64,000 bases of DNA from Pedobacter sp. (GTDB lineage Bacteria > Desulfobacterota > Desulfuromonadia > Desulfuromonadales > Syntrophotaleaceae): the NCBI GenBank assembly GCA_050253415.1, contig JBFWJC010000001.1, positions 64,001-128,000 of the forward strand, in the 5' to 3' direction. The translations under genes and the position numbers were made by a program. The notes beneath the pieces are model-generated. The model did no database searches. It saw only the letters and a program-made list of their open reading frames with translations, and was not told the DNA's origin. Below are positions 44,714 through 53,093 of this stretch, one piece after another. Within the stretch, counting starts at the first letter, position 1. Every line of letters begins with the position of its first letter.

Positions 44714-44730
44714 GTACTCAAGGGCGTTTT

Positions 44731-44856
44731 TCCCGCAAAGACCGCAGAGAACGCTGGGGAATACAACAGCTCATAACGGGCTACTCATTCATCGGTAAAT
44801 AGTGATCGAAATCTACCAATTTCTCTCTGCGAACTCAGCGCACTCTGCGGTAAATC
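44731..44856. repeat. 9-bp tandem-repeat hairpin H1
   Basis: Left arm CCGCAAAGA CCGCAGAGA ACGCTGGGG; right arm TTCTCTCTGCGAACTCAGCGCACTCTGCGGTAAATC (complementary 9-mers). Confidence 0.8.
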
Positions 44857-44899
44857 CCGCCTTCCCATTTGACCTATCGAAACCAAAAGCGAGGTACCC

Positions 44900-45469
44900 A
44901 TGAAAAAATCTCTCGGAATAAACACCCTGGCGCAACCGACCCCTGTCTGGCTGGTCGGCACCTACGACGAAGCCGGGCGCCCGAACCTGGCCACCATTGC
45001 CTGGGGCGGCGTATGCTGCTCAAAACCGCCCTGCGTCTCCGTTGCACTGCGTCCGGCGACCCATACCCACGACAGCATCCTGCAGCGCAAAGCCTTTACC
45101 GTCAATGTCGCCACCCAAGCCTTCGCCCGCCAGGCCGACTACTGCGGCATGGTCTCCGGCCGCGACACCGACAAATTCACCGCCACCGGCCTGACCCCCA
45201 TCCGCAGCACCCTGATCGATGCCCCCTATGTGGACGAACTACCGCTGATCCTCGAATGCAAACTGCAACAATCGGTCACGGTCGGCGGCCACACCCTGTT
45301 CATCGGTGAAATCGTCGATGTCAAAGCTGACGAGGCGGTCCTCAGTGCCGAAGGCTACCCGCATATCGAAAAAGTGAAACCGCTGATCTTCACCCCGGTA
45401 TTGCGCAACTACCACGGTGTCGGCGAGTATCTGGGGCAGGCCTTCAGTATCGGCAAGGAATTGCCGTAA
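44900..45469 (+). CDS. Flavin reductase-like protein (flavoredoxin family)
   Basis: PTPVWLVGTYD..GRPN, FTVNV, D.CG.VSGRD.DKF, LECK and HTLFIGEI motifs. Confidence 0.9.
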   Translation: MKKSLGINTLAQPTPVWLVGTYDEAGRPNLATIAWGGVCCSKPPCVSVALRPATHTHDSILQRKAFTVNVATQAFARQADYCGMVSGRDTDKFTATGLTPIRSTLIDAPYVDELPLILECKLQQSVTVGGHTLFIGEIVDVKADEAVLSAEGYPHIEKVKPLIFTPVLRNYHGVGEYLGQAFSIGKELP

Positions 45470-45522
45470 GGAAAGATGGGGCTTTTCGTTAATACCCGTT
45501 TTTTAAGGTTAAACCAGGATCA

Positions 45523-45609
45523 GATTTACCGCAGAGTACGCAGAGTTCGCTGAGAGAAACTATTGATTGCAAAGACTTTTCTCTGTGCGCTCTGCGGTCT
45601 CCGCGGTGA
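45523..45609. repeat. 9-bp tandem-repeat hairpin H2
   Basis: GATTTACCGCAGAGTACGCAGAGTTCGCTGAGAGAA...TTCTCTGTGCGCTCTGCGGTCTCCGCGGTGA. Confidence 0.85.
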
Positions 45610-45630
45610 TGAATCTGACGATAGCAGTAT

Positions 45631-46059
45631 TCACCCCAACCGCTCCAACCACTGCTTGAGGGCCTCGATAATCTGCGTGGCCTGCTTCACACTCAAGCGG
45701 CGCAGATCCCCGACTCCGGTCATGCGCTTGGCAAAACGCCCGAGAGCGGCCCAGCTCGGGTTCTGCACCGCCCCCAAGCGATGCAGATGCAGCCAGAGGT
45801 TACGTGCTTTCCAGACCATGGGCGGCAAAGGCCGCTCGCTGACCCTTGGCAGCCGCGGCCGCCAACCGAGTTCCGCCAGGCGGTCAAGCACCATGCGCAA
45901 CTCGCCATCGGTCAGGTCTGCAGCCGATTCCTTGCCCGGCACCGTCGACCGCACCAGGTCATGGTATATGTCATCGCTAAGGCCGAGTTCCTTTTTGGCT
46001 ATATGGATCTTGGCCAGGGCCCGCCGGCGATATTCGCGATCGTTGGATCTGTCTGGCAT
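45631..46059 (-). CDS. Phage Mu GemA/gp16-like (DUF1018) regulatory protein
   Basis: LAKIHIAKKELGLSDDIY...GKESAADLT...KARNLW.HL...L.RF.KR..GV...IEALKQW matches the GemA pattern; GGAGG RBS before ATG 46059. Confidence 0.8.
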   Translation of the reverse strand: MPDRSNDREYRRRALAKIHIAKKELGLSDDIYHDLVRSTVPGKESAADLTDGELRMVLDRLAELGWRPRLPRVSERPLPPMVWKARNLWLHLHRLGAVQNPSWAALGRFAKRMTGVGDLRRLSVKQATQIIEALKQWLERLG

Positions 46060-46146
46060 AGCAATACCCTCCATCTTCTCAGAATATAGCGTTTTCCGCC
46101 GGGATGAGTTACCCACCCCTTAGCAGAAACATTGCCGTTTATTTTA

Positions 46147-46327
46147 TCACCACGAAGCACACGAAGATCACGAAGAAAACCTATAATGCCCCGCCTGTTA
46201 CCAGTCCGATAAAATACCTTCAATAACCCCTAAAAGATTTTTGCAGATTCCCCGGCAAGTACCCCGCGTCTACTTCGATCATAGCACCGAAATCCCTTCT
46301 TCATGTACTTCATGAACTTCGTGGTGA
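46147..46327. repeat. 9-bp tandem-repeat hairpin H3
   Basis: TCACCACGAAGCACACGAAGATCACGAAGAA...TTCTTCATGTACTTCATGAACTTCGTGGTGA. Confidence 0.85.
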
Positions 46328-46422
46328 CAAATCAATATTGTTGTTTAAATCCATTCTGGCAACATCACTTGCCATCCGGCCGAGCTTGGCTAAACTCAAG
46401 AAAAAAGCCAAGGGGGAGTCGT

Positions 46423-46962
46423 ATGTGGGAATTCAATGTACTGGTCACCATGGCCCAGGATGGGCGCTACCGTCAGATGCTGGAGGAACTTGCCCCACAT
46501 GGCGAGTTTCACAAAACCGATTTTCATGGTGTGGTCATCGGCAGAGTCCCCGATATGCGTCAGTTTCTGGAGACGGTACGCCAACGACGCCTTGAGCGGA
46601 CCCTCGCCTTTCAGGATGTGAGCCGCATCGTGCCGCTGGACACGGTTTTTTCCTTTGACCTGGATAGTTTTTTGGAAAAAGCCTGTAAATCGATTCGACC
46701 TTATCTGTCCCGCATGAGCGAACACCGCTTTCATGTGCGCCTTGAAAGACGGGGACTCAAAGGGCAAATCGTCTCCCCGGATATCGAGCAGGCGCTGGAT
46801 AATTTCATCCTCGACGAATTGGCCGATCTGGGGCACTCCGGAAAGGTCGATTTTGACGCCCCCGATGCGGTACTGGCCATCGAGACGGTCGGTACCCGCT
46901 GCGGCATCGGCTTTATCACCCGCGAGCTGTCTGACCGCTACCCCTTCGTACACGTCGACTGA
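46423..46962 (+). CDS. Stand-alone THUMP-domain (RNA-binding) protein
   Basis: RIVPLD...FHVRLERRG...E..L...KVDFDAPDAVLAIETVG resembles THUMP; GGGGGAG RBS. Confidence 0.7.
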   Translation: MWEFNVLVTMAQDGRYRQMLEELAPHGEFHKTDFHGVVIGRVPDMRQFLETVRQRRLERTLAFQDVSRIVPLDTVFSFDLDSFLEKACKSIRPYLSRMSEHRFHVRLERRGLKGQIVSPDIEQALDNFILDELADLGHSGKVDFDAPDAVLAIETVGTRCGIGFITRELSDRYPFVHVD

Positions 46963-46977
46963 GACGTCCCCGGAAGC

Positions 46978-47922
46978 ATGCCTACGGATCTGGTACCCGC
47001 CTATGTAAAGCTGCTGGCCAGCGGGCGCTTCGACGAGCGCCTGAAATGGGCCTATTCCCGCATGCGAAGCTGCGACCTGTGTCCGCGCCGCTGCGGCGTC
47101 AATCGCCTGCACAGCAGCCGTGGAGCCTGGTGCCGCACCGGATCACGGGCGGCAGTCGCCAGTTTCGGAGCCCACTTCGGCGAGGAACAACCCCTGGTGG
47201 GCCGACAGGGTTCAGGTACCATCTTCTTCGGCCATTGCAATCTGGGCTGTGTCTTCTGTCAGAACTGGGATATCAGCCATCCCCGGGAACCGATGCGGCC
47301 TGTTTCAGCCGCAATCCTCGCCTCCATGATGCTTAGCCTGCAACGGCAAGGCTGTCACAATATCAATCTGGTCTCCCCGAGCCACGTGGTGGCGCCGATT
47401 CTGGCTGCTGTGCGCCTGGCCGCGCGGCGCGGGTTGCGACTTCCGCTGGTCTACAACAGCGGTGGTTACGACTCCCCGCAAACCCTGGCGATGCTCGACG
47501 GTATCGTCGACATCTACATGCCCGACATGAAGTTTGCCGATTCCGTCATCGCTGCGCCCCTGTTGGGGGTTCCGGATTACGCCGAAGTCAACCGCGCTGC
47601 CGTCCGGATCATGCATCAACAGGTTGGCGACCTGAGAATCGACAACCGGGGCATCGCCTACCGCGGGCTGTTAGTTCGTCACCTGATCCTGCCGGAAAAC
47701 CTGGCGGGCACCGAACGGATTGTTGCCTTTCTGTCCGAGCAGGTTTCCCGCGACACGTATATCAATCTTATGGATCAATATCACCCCTGCCATCGGGCCG
47801 CAGACTATCCGCCCCTCGACCGCCGGCCGACGTTGCAGGAGTTGCACAAGGCCTACAAGTGGGCACAGATGAGCGGCCTGTGGCGTTTCGATACGGCAGA
47901 TGAAAAAACTACACCGGGGTGA
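46978..47922 (+). CDS. PflX-like radical SAM protein
   Basis: CDLCPRRCGVNR, HFGEE, GSGTIFF..CNLGCVFCQN, HNINLVSPSH, DIYMPDMK and LLVRHL.LP motifs. Confidence 0.9.
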   Translation: MPTDLVPAYVKLLASGRFDERLKWAYSRMRSCDLCPRRCGVNRLHSSRGAWCRTGSRAAVASFGAHFGEEQPLVGRQGSGTIFFGHCNLGCVFCQNWDISHPREPMRPVSAAILASMMLSLQRQGCHNINLVSPSHVVAPILAAVRLAARRGLRLPLVYNSGGYDSPQTLAMLDGIVDIYMPDMKFADSVIAAPLLGVPDYAEVNRAAVRIMHQQVGDLRIDNRGIAYRGLLVRHLILPENLAGTERIVAFLSEQVSRDTYINLMDQYHPCHRAADYPPLDRRPTLQELHKAYKWAQMSGLWRFDTADEKTTPG

Positions 47923-48589
47923 TAGGCATCGGGCGGTTTCCCCTCTGGAGAGACACCGCGATCGATTCACCGAGTTCAACGGCAGCCCTGACGGCTCCGG
48001 GTTGGTCTTCAAAGGCATGTATGCCCACTGATTCAACGGTGGCATCTTGTCCAAACAACATAGTGATGCCGCTCATGGTACAACCGTTGCCATAGCCGCA
48101 TTTCACGCAGGGCACGTTGCCATCAACCCTTATGGAACCTAAAAACTCCATCCCCTCTTCCATCATAAAAAACTTTATGGCATTGGAGCCGAAATCAAAT
48201 GCCGGCGGCATGTTTACGTCATACGCCGGGATCGCACAGGTGATAACCGCCCCCCCAGGCTTTCCTGCAAGGAATCCTTCGTTGTGACGCAGGGGATAAA
48301 GCCTTTCCATAAAGGCCTTGGTGCGTGAATCGAGTGACGAATAGGGAGTAAAGCCGGCAATCACCAGCGCATCGGCCTGTTTCACCTTTTCCGCCAAAAC
48401 GATGCCATCATCCTGGATTACGCAGCAATGGGTATCCACACAACCAAGGCAGGCACGGCAGGACGCAACGGTACAATCTTTCAGGCTGACAAATTCCGTT
48501 GCGAGCCCGGTTGCCTCCAAAACCTTTTTCAAAGCACGATCCGTATTGCCGTTCTGTACAGGGGACCCTGATACACCCAAAACCTTCAT
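47909..48589 (-). CDS. Iron-sulfur flavoprotein / NADPH-dependent FMN reductase family
   Basis: GVSGSPVQNGNT and CRACLGC....CC motifs; AGGAGG RBS. Confidence 0.85.
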   Translation of the reverse strand: MKVLGVSGSPVQNGNTDRALKKVLEATGLATEFVSLKDCTVASCRACLGCVDTHCCVIQDDGIVLAEKVKQADALVIAGFTPYSSLDSRTKAFMERLYPLRHNEGFLAGKPGGAVITCAIPAYDVNMPPAFDFGSNAIKFFMMEEGMEFLGSIRVDGNVPCVKCGYGNGCTMSGITMLFGQDATVESVGIHAFEDQPGAVRAAVELGESIAVSLQRGNRPMPITPV

Positions 48590-48673
48590 AGAACACCTCC
48601 TCGTTTCTGTACCGACTGGTACCGGTTCATGACTGTCACAAACCGGTGCCGATCAGTTCCGAATTTTTCGTGG

Positions 48674-48716
48674 AGGCTAAGCGAAAAGAGGATCGCATTC
48701 TGTAGCAACGGCTACA
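48674..48716 (-). promoter_or_regulatory. Candidate Crp/Fnr class II activated promoter
   Basis: Perfect palindrome TGTAGC-AACG-GCTACA (48701-48716) and a candidate -10 TAGCCT on the minus strand (48679-48674). Confidence 0.6.
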
Positions 48717-48741
48717 AAAGAAAAAAATAGGACAATAAACC

Positions 48742-49440
48742 TCATAAAGGTGGGAGTAACAAGGTCTTTCCTGCCGAAGCAACCTTGCCAGCCAATTTCA
48801 GCGCCTTCAGGGCCCGACTGACGCTTACGCGATGGGCACCGACAAGGAAACCCAATTCCTCGTGGGTTAACGGGAACGGAATCCGCATACCTCCCGACTC
48901 TGTCTGACCATGTTCACCGGCGATATGCGACAGTATGCCGAACAGCCGCTCTTCAATGTCGGAGGTTGCCAGATCACCTATGCGATGGGTCAGACTTGAA
49001 ATCCTCAGGCTCATATTTCTGATCACCTGGAGACCCACATTGGGATACTCCAGGATAATACTTTCGAATTGCTCCCTTTTAAGCCCGCAAATCAGGGAAT
49101 CTTCCAGGCACCGGGCACTGACCGGATATTCGGCTTCCTCGGCCAGCATATCTTCCCCCAACAAATCCCCCCCCTTTCGAATATCCAGGGTCCTTTCATT
49201 TCCGTTTTCAAAAACTTTGGACAAGGTTACACGTCCTCCCTTGATCAAAAACATCTCCCTAACCGGGTCCCCTTGCCTGAACAGATATTCACCGGGTTCC
49301 ACCCGCCGGCGGGTAGCCAGGTGACTAAGGGCTTTCAGTTCCTGGGGAGCAAGATTTTGAAACATCCACAGATCACCGACACAGATCTCGGACAAAACCA
49401 GGCCATCCCAAGCCAGTTTATCGCACATACAGTTCATCAT
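48742..49440 (-). CDS. Crp/Fnr family transcriptional regulator
   Basis: cNMP-binding domain (LFRQGDP, GDLLGE) and HTH LTHEELGFLVGAHRVSVSRAL. Confidence 0.92.
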   Translation of the reverse strand: MMNCMCDKLAWDGLVLSEICVGDLWMFQNLAPQELKALSHLATRRRVEPGEYLFRQGDPVREMFLIKGGRVTLSKVFENGNERTLDIRKGGDLLGEDMLAEEAEYPVSARCLEDSLICGLKREQFESIILEYPNVGLQVIRNMSLRISSLTHRIGDLATSDIEERLFGILSHIAGEHGQTESGGMRIPFPLTHEELGFLVGAHRVSVSRALKALKLAGKVASAGKTLLLPPL

Positions 49441-49658
49441 CACCCCATCGCTCGTTTGATAATCCGCTGATTTCGTTGTTGGCCTTGGTTGTCAGGTTCA
49501 ATCTCCCTGGCATTGAAATTTCACTTGAAATCACTGTTCAAAAAACTGATGCCGCCCCATGTTCACTTTTCGACCAAGCTTGTTCTTGACGCAACATTCT
49601 ACCAAGAGTACATTGGCCAGAAATTATTTTTTATTTAATATATAAGGCGGCCATTTTG

Positions 49659-51110
49659 ATGAAGAAAATTCTGATCATCGATCAACACCCTTTGTCCCGA
49701 GTCCATTTGACAGATGTATTGAATTCAAAATACCTGGTCATTGAATCGGAAAATGAAAGGGAGGCGATTGAACTTGCCAGAATTCATCAGCCGGATTTGA
49801 TCATTCTAGACATGGAAGTATTAAATGGAAATGCCTCCATCGCATGCACAAATCTCAAAACTTACAAGGAAACAAAATACCTACCTTTAATCTTGTGCTA
49901 TAACGAAAATCATGAAAAAGACATCCTCAATGGACTCCTTTCCGGCGCTGATGATTATTTTGTGAAGCCAATCAACGCAACTGAACTGTTATCGAGAATT
50001 GATATACATCTACGTACCAAAAACTATTATTCCGATCTGAGAAAAAAAGATTTGCTCATGCTGTTGGAAATGACAGAAATTATTTCTGTCACTAGAAATC
50101 CAAGAAGAATTCTAAATATTATTGTTGAAAAAATTATTAAAACCATTGATGTATCAAGATGCTCTATCATCGGAATTAATGATTATGGTGAGTTACTGGT
50201 ATTGGCAAGCAGTGACCTACCGGAAGATAAAGAGATAAAACTTGATTTAAAAAAGTATCCAGAGATTGAAAAAGCTTTATCAACCCAGCGCCCCGTAGTT
50301 TTGCAAGACATTCGCAGCAATCCTCTCATGGAATCCGTAAAAGACAACATCAGGAACTTGTCTGATAATGCCATGTTTGTTGTGCCGATTGTGAAAAAGC
50401 AAAATGTTATTGGAACCTTTTTTTTGCGAACGGGTTCTACTTTAAAGGGAGGAATCACAGAGAGGATTTCCAAGCTGTGTCAGGTCGTGGCGAGCATATC
50501 AGGTAATGCCCTGGAAAATGCAATACTTTTTGAATCAATGCAGACAACCAAAAATGTACTTGAAGATTTGGTGGTTCGGGACAGTCTGACCAAACTCTTT
50601 AATCACCAATATTATCACACGCGCCTTGATGAGGAATTCTCCCGGGCAAAACGATACAATCTGGAATTGTCCTGCATATTCTTTGATATCGATGACTTTA
50701 AACGAATAAATGACCATTATGGCCACTTGACCGGGGATGTGGTGCTACGACAGATCGGACGACTCGTTACACAGACTCTCCGCAAAAGCGATATCGCATC
50801 TCGCTATGGTGGTGAAGAGTTTGTCATCTGCCTGCCAAACACGGATAGTGACTCTGCTTTCGAATTTGCCGAAAGACTTCTGACTGCCATCAGAAACTTA
50901 TCCGTTCAACAACTCAATGGCAACCGGATCACGGCCAGCATCGGAATTTCGACCTACCGGAATAACAATATGACATCGTACCAGGAGTTGCTCCAATCTG
51001 CCGATAACGCCATGTATCAGGCAAAACAATCGGGGAAAGACCGGATTTTCCGTGCGGCCATTGAGGGCAGGAATGAAAGCCGGACAAGCTGGGACCGGCT
51101 ACAAGGGTAA
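49659..51110 (+). CDS. Receiver-GAF-GGDEF diguanylate cyclase
   Basis: REC domain (PDLIILD, GADDYFVKP), GAF, DSLTKLFN, RKSD I-site and GGEEF; visibly AT-rich. Confidence 0.9.
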   Translation: MKKILIIDQHPLSRVHLTDVLNSKYLVIESENEREAIELARIHQPDLIILDMEVLNGNASIACTNLKTYKETKYLPLILCYNENHEKDILNGLLSGADDYFVKPINATELLSRIDIHLRTKNYYSDLRKKDLLMLLEMTEIISVTRNPRRILNIIVEKIIKTIDVSRCSIIGINDYGELLVLASSDLPEDKEIKLDLKKYPEIEKALSTQRPVVLQDIRSNPLMESVKDNIRNLSDNAMFVVPIVKKQNVIGTFFLRTGSTLKGGITERISKLCQVVASISGNALENAILFESMQTTKNVLEDLVVRDSLTKLFNHQYYHTRLDEEFSRAKRYNLELSCIFFDIDDFKRINDHYGHLTGDVVLRQIGRLVTQTLRKSDIASRYGGEEFVICLPNTDSDSAFEFAERLLTAIRNLSVQQLNGNRITASIGISTYRNNNMTSYQELLQSADNAMYQAKQSGKDRIFRAAIEGRNESRTSWDRLQG

Positions 51111-51282
51111 TGACTCGAAACTCGGGTGATTGAACCCCATTTCACGCATAAATATGCAAATCGGTTGATAGCCGAGGGAAATTAGCCCGACTTGACAGAA
51201 TCCTCTGGACCGCTAAACTGCCTGGCGGGATGGCGCAAGTGCGCCCATCAAGAATGAACCATTATTTCAAGGAGAATGCAGC

Positions 51283-52935
51283 ATGCCGCTTCACCCACTG
51301 GCAGGTCACCCGGCACCGAAATCAATCCTTCCCAATATCCCCAGGCTTATCAGCGATTACTACATCCGGCACCCCGACCTGAATGACCAAACAAACCTCG
51401 TCTCCTTCGGCACTTCGGGCCACCGTGGCTGTGCAGCCAAAGGCACCTTTAACGAGGATCATATCTTGGCCATCGTACAGGCGATCTGCGACTATCGCCG
51501 AAATGCGGGCATCGACGGCCCCCTTTTCCTTGGGATGGACACCCATGCGCTTTCCGAACCGGCCCACGCCACCACCCTGGAGGTATTGGCAGCCAACCGG
51601 GTCGAGGTGCGCATCGCCAAGGGTTTGGACTACACCCCCACACCGGTCATTTCCCATGCCATCCTCACCCACAACCGGAGCAGGCAGGGACATCTCGCCG
51701 ACGGGATCGTCATCACCCCTTCCCACAATCCTCCGGATAACGGCGGCATCAAGTACAACCCGCCCAACGGCGGCCCGGCCGATACCGACGTCACCGCGTT
51801 GATTGCCGCCAAGGCCAACGATTATCTGCGCCGGGGGTTGGATGGAATCAAACGCCTGCCCTATGCGCGAGCGATTGACGCACCGTCAACGGTGCCTTAC
51901 GACTATATCACCCCCTACGTCGACGACCTCGCCAATGTCATCGACATGGAGGCGATCAAAAACGCCGGTCTGCGCATCGCGGCCGATGCCCTGGGAGGTT
52001 CCGGCCTCGGATACTGGCACCCGATTGCGAAAAAGTACGGGTTGCATATCGACCTGATCAACGGCGATCCCGACCCCACCTTCAGTTTCATGTGCGTCGA
52101 CAAGGACGGCAAGATCCGCATGGACTGCTCCTCCGCCAGCGCCATGGCGGGCTTGATCAAACTCAAGGACAACTACGATATCGCCTTCGGCAACGACCCC
52201 GACTTCGACCGGCACGGTATCGTCACCCCCACCGCAGGGCTGATGAATCCCAACCACTACCTGGCCGTGGCCATCAACTACCTGTTCAGCCACCGCACCG
52301 GGTGGGGCACCAACGCTGCGATCGGCAAGACCCTGGTCTCCTCATCGATGATCGACCGCGTGGCAGCCGACCTGGGACGCACCCTGTCGGAGGTCCCAGT
52401 CGGATTCAAGTGGTTCGTCGACGGCCTTGTAGACGGCTCCTACGGTTTCGGCGGTGAAGAAAGCGCCGGCGCCTCCTTTTTGCGTAAGGACGGCACCGTG
52501 TGGTCGACCGACAAGGACGGTATCATCCTTTGCCTGCTGGCAGCAGAGATTACCGCTGTAACCGGTCGCGATCCGGCCCGTCACTACCAGGATCTGGTGC
52601 AAAAATTCGGCGACCCTGTTTACGCCCGCATCGACGCCGAGGCCACCCCAGCGGAAAAGGCCGTCCTCGGCAAACTTTCGCCCGAGCAGATTACCGCCGA
52701 CACTTTGGCAGGGGAACCGATCCTCGCCAAGCTCACCCACGCCCCCGGCAACGGTGCCGACATCGGCGGCCTCAAAGTCACCACCGAAAACGGCTGGTTC
52801 GCCGCCCGCCCCTCGGGCACCGAGGATATTTACAAAATCTATGCGGAGTCCTTCAAGGGCCAGCAGCATCTCAAACAGATCCAGGATCAAGCCAAGGCGA
52901 TCGTCAGCGAGGCATTCAAAGCCGCCGGCGTTTAA
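51283..52935 (+). CDS. pgm: Phosphoglucomutase (alpha-D-glucose-1,6-bisphosphate dependent)
   Basis: [26 protein letters not shown] and RPSGTE motifs. Confidence 0.97.
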   Translation: MPLHPLAGHPAPKSILPNIPRLISDYYIRHPDLNDQTNLVSFGTSGHRGCAAKGTFNEDHILAIVQAICDYRRNAGIDGPLFLGMDTHALSEPAHATTLEVLAANRVEVRIAKGLDYTPTPVISHAILTHNRSRQGHLADGIVITPSHNPPDNGGIKYNPPNGGPADTDVTALIAAKANDYLRRGLDGIKRLPYARAIDAPSTVPYDYITPYVDDLANVIDMEAIKNAGLRIAADALGGSGLGYWHPIAKKYGLHIDLINGDPDPTFSFMCVDKDGKIRMDCSSASAMAGLIKLKDNYDIAFGNDPDFDRHGIVTPTAGLMNPNHYLAVAINYLFSHRTGWGTNAAIGKTLVSSSMIDRVAADLGRTLSEVPVGFKWFVDGLVDGSYGFGGEESAGASFLRKDGTVWSTDKDGIILCLLAAEITAVTGRDPARHYQDLVQKFGDPVYARIDAEATPAEKAVLGKLSPEQITADTLAGEPILAKLTHAPGNGADIGGLKVTTENGWFAARPSGTEDIYKIYAESFKGQQHLKQIQDQAKAIVSEAFKAAGV

Positions 52936-53093
52936 AGATCCTTCGGACTTTCACAAATCCTCACCCCCACCCGCCCATGCCGGTGGGGGAATCTTGTTTA
53001 AACAATAGCAATCTTGACCTGTTATGCCGTCTGGGCTAGATTGATGAAAAACCGGCGGAAAGCGTTTCAAATCCTGGCACGAGGACGAGGATT

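Noticed and set aside
45631..46116. Prophage call based on the GemA-like gene
   Set aside because: No other phage genes, att sites or transposase in the window.
44731..46327. Repeats considered as a CRISPR array or integron attC sites
   Set aside because: No identical direct repeats with regular spacers, no cas or integrase gene, and no clear RYYYAAC/GTTRRRY ends.
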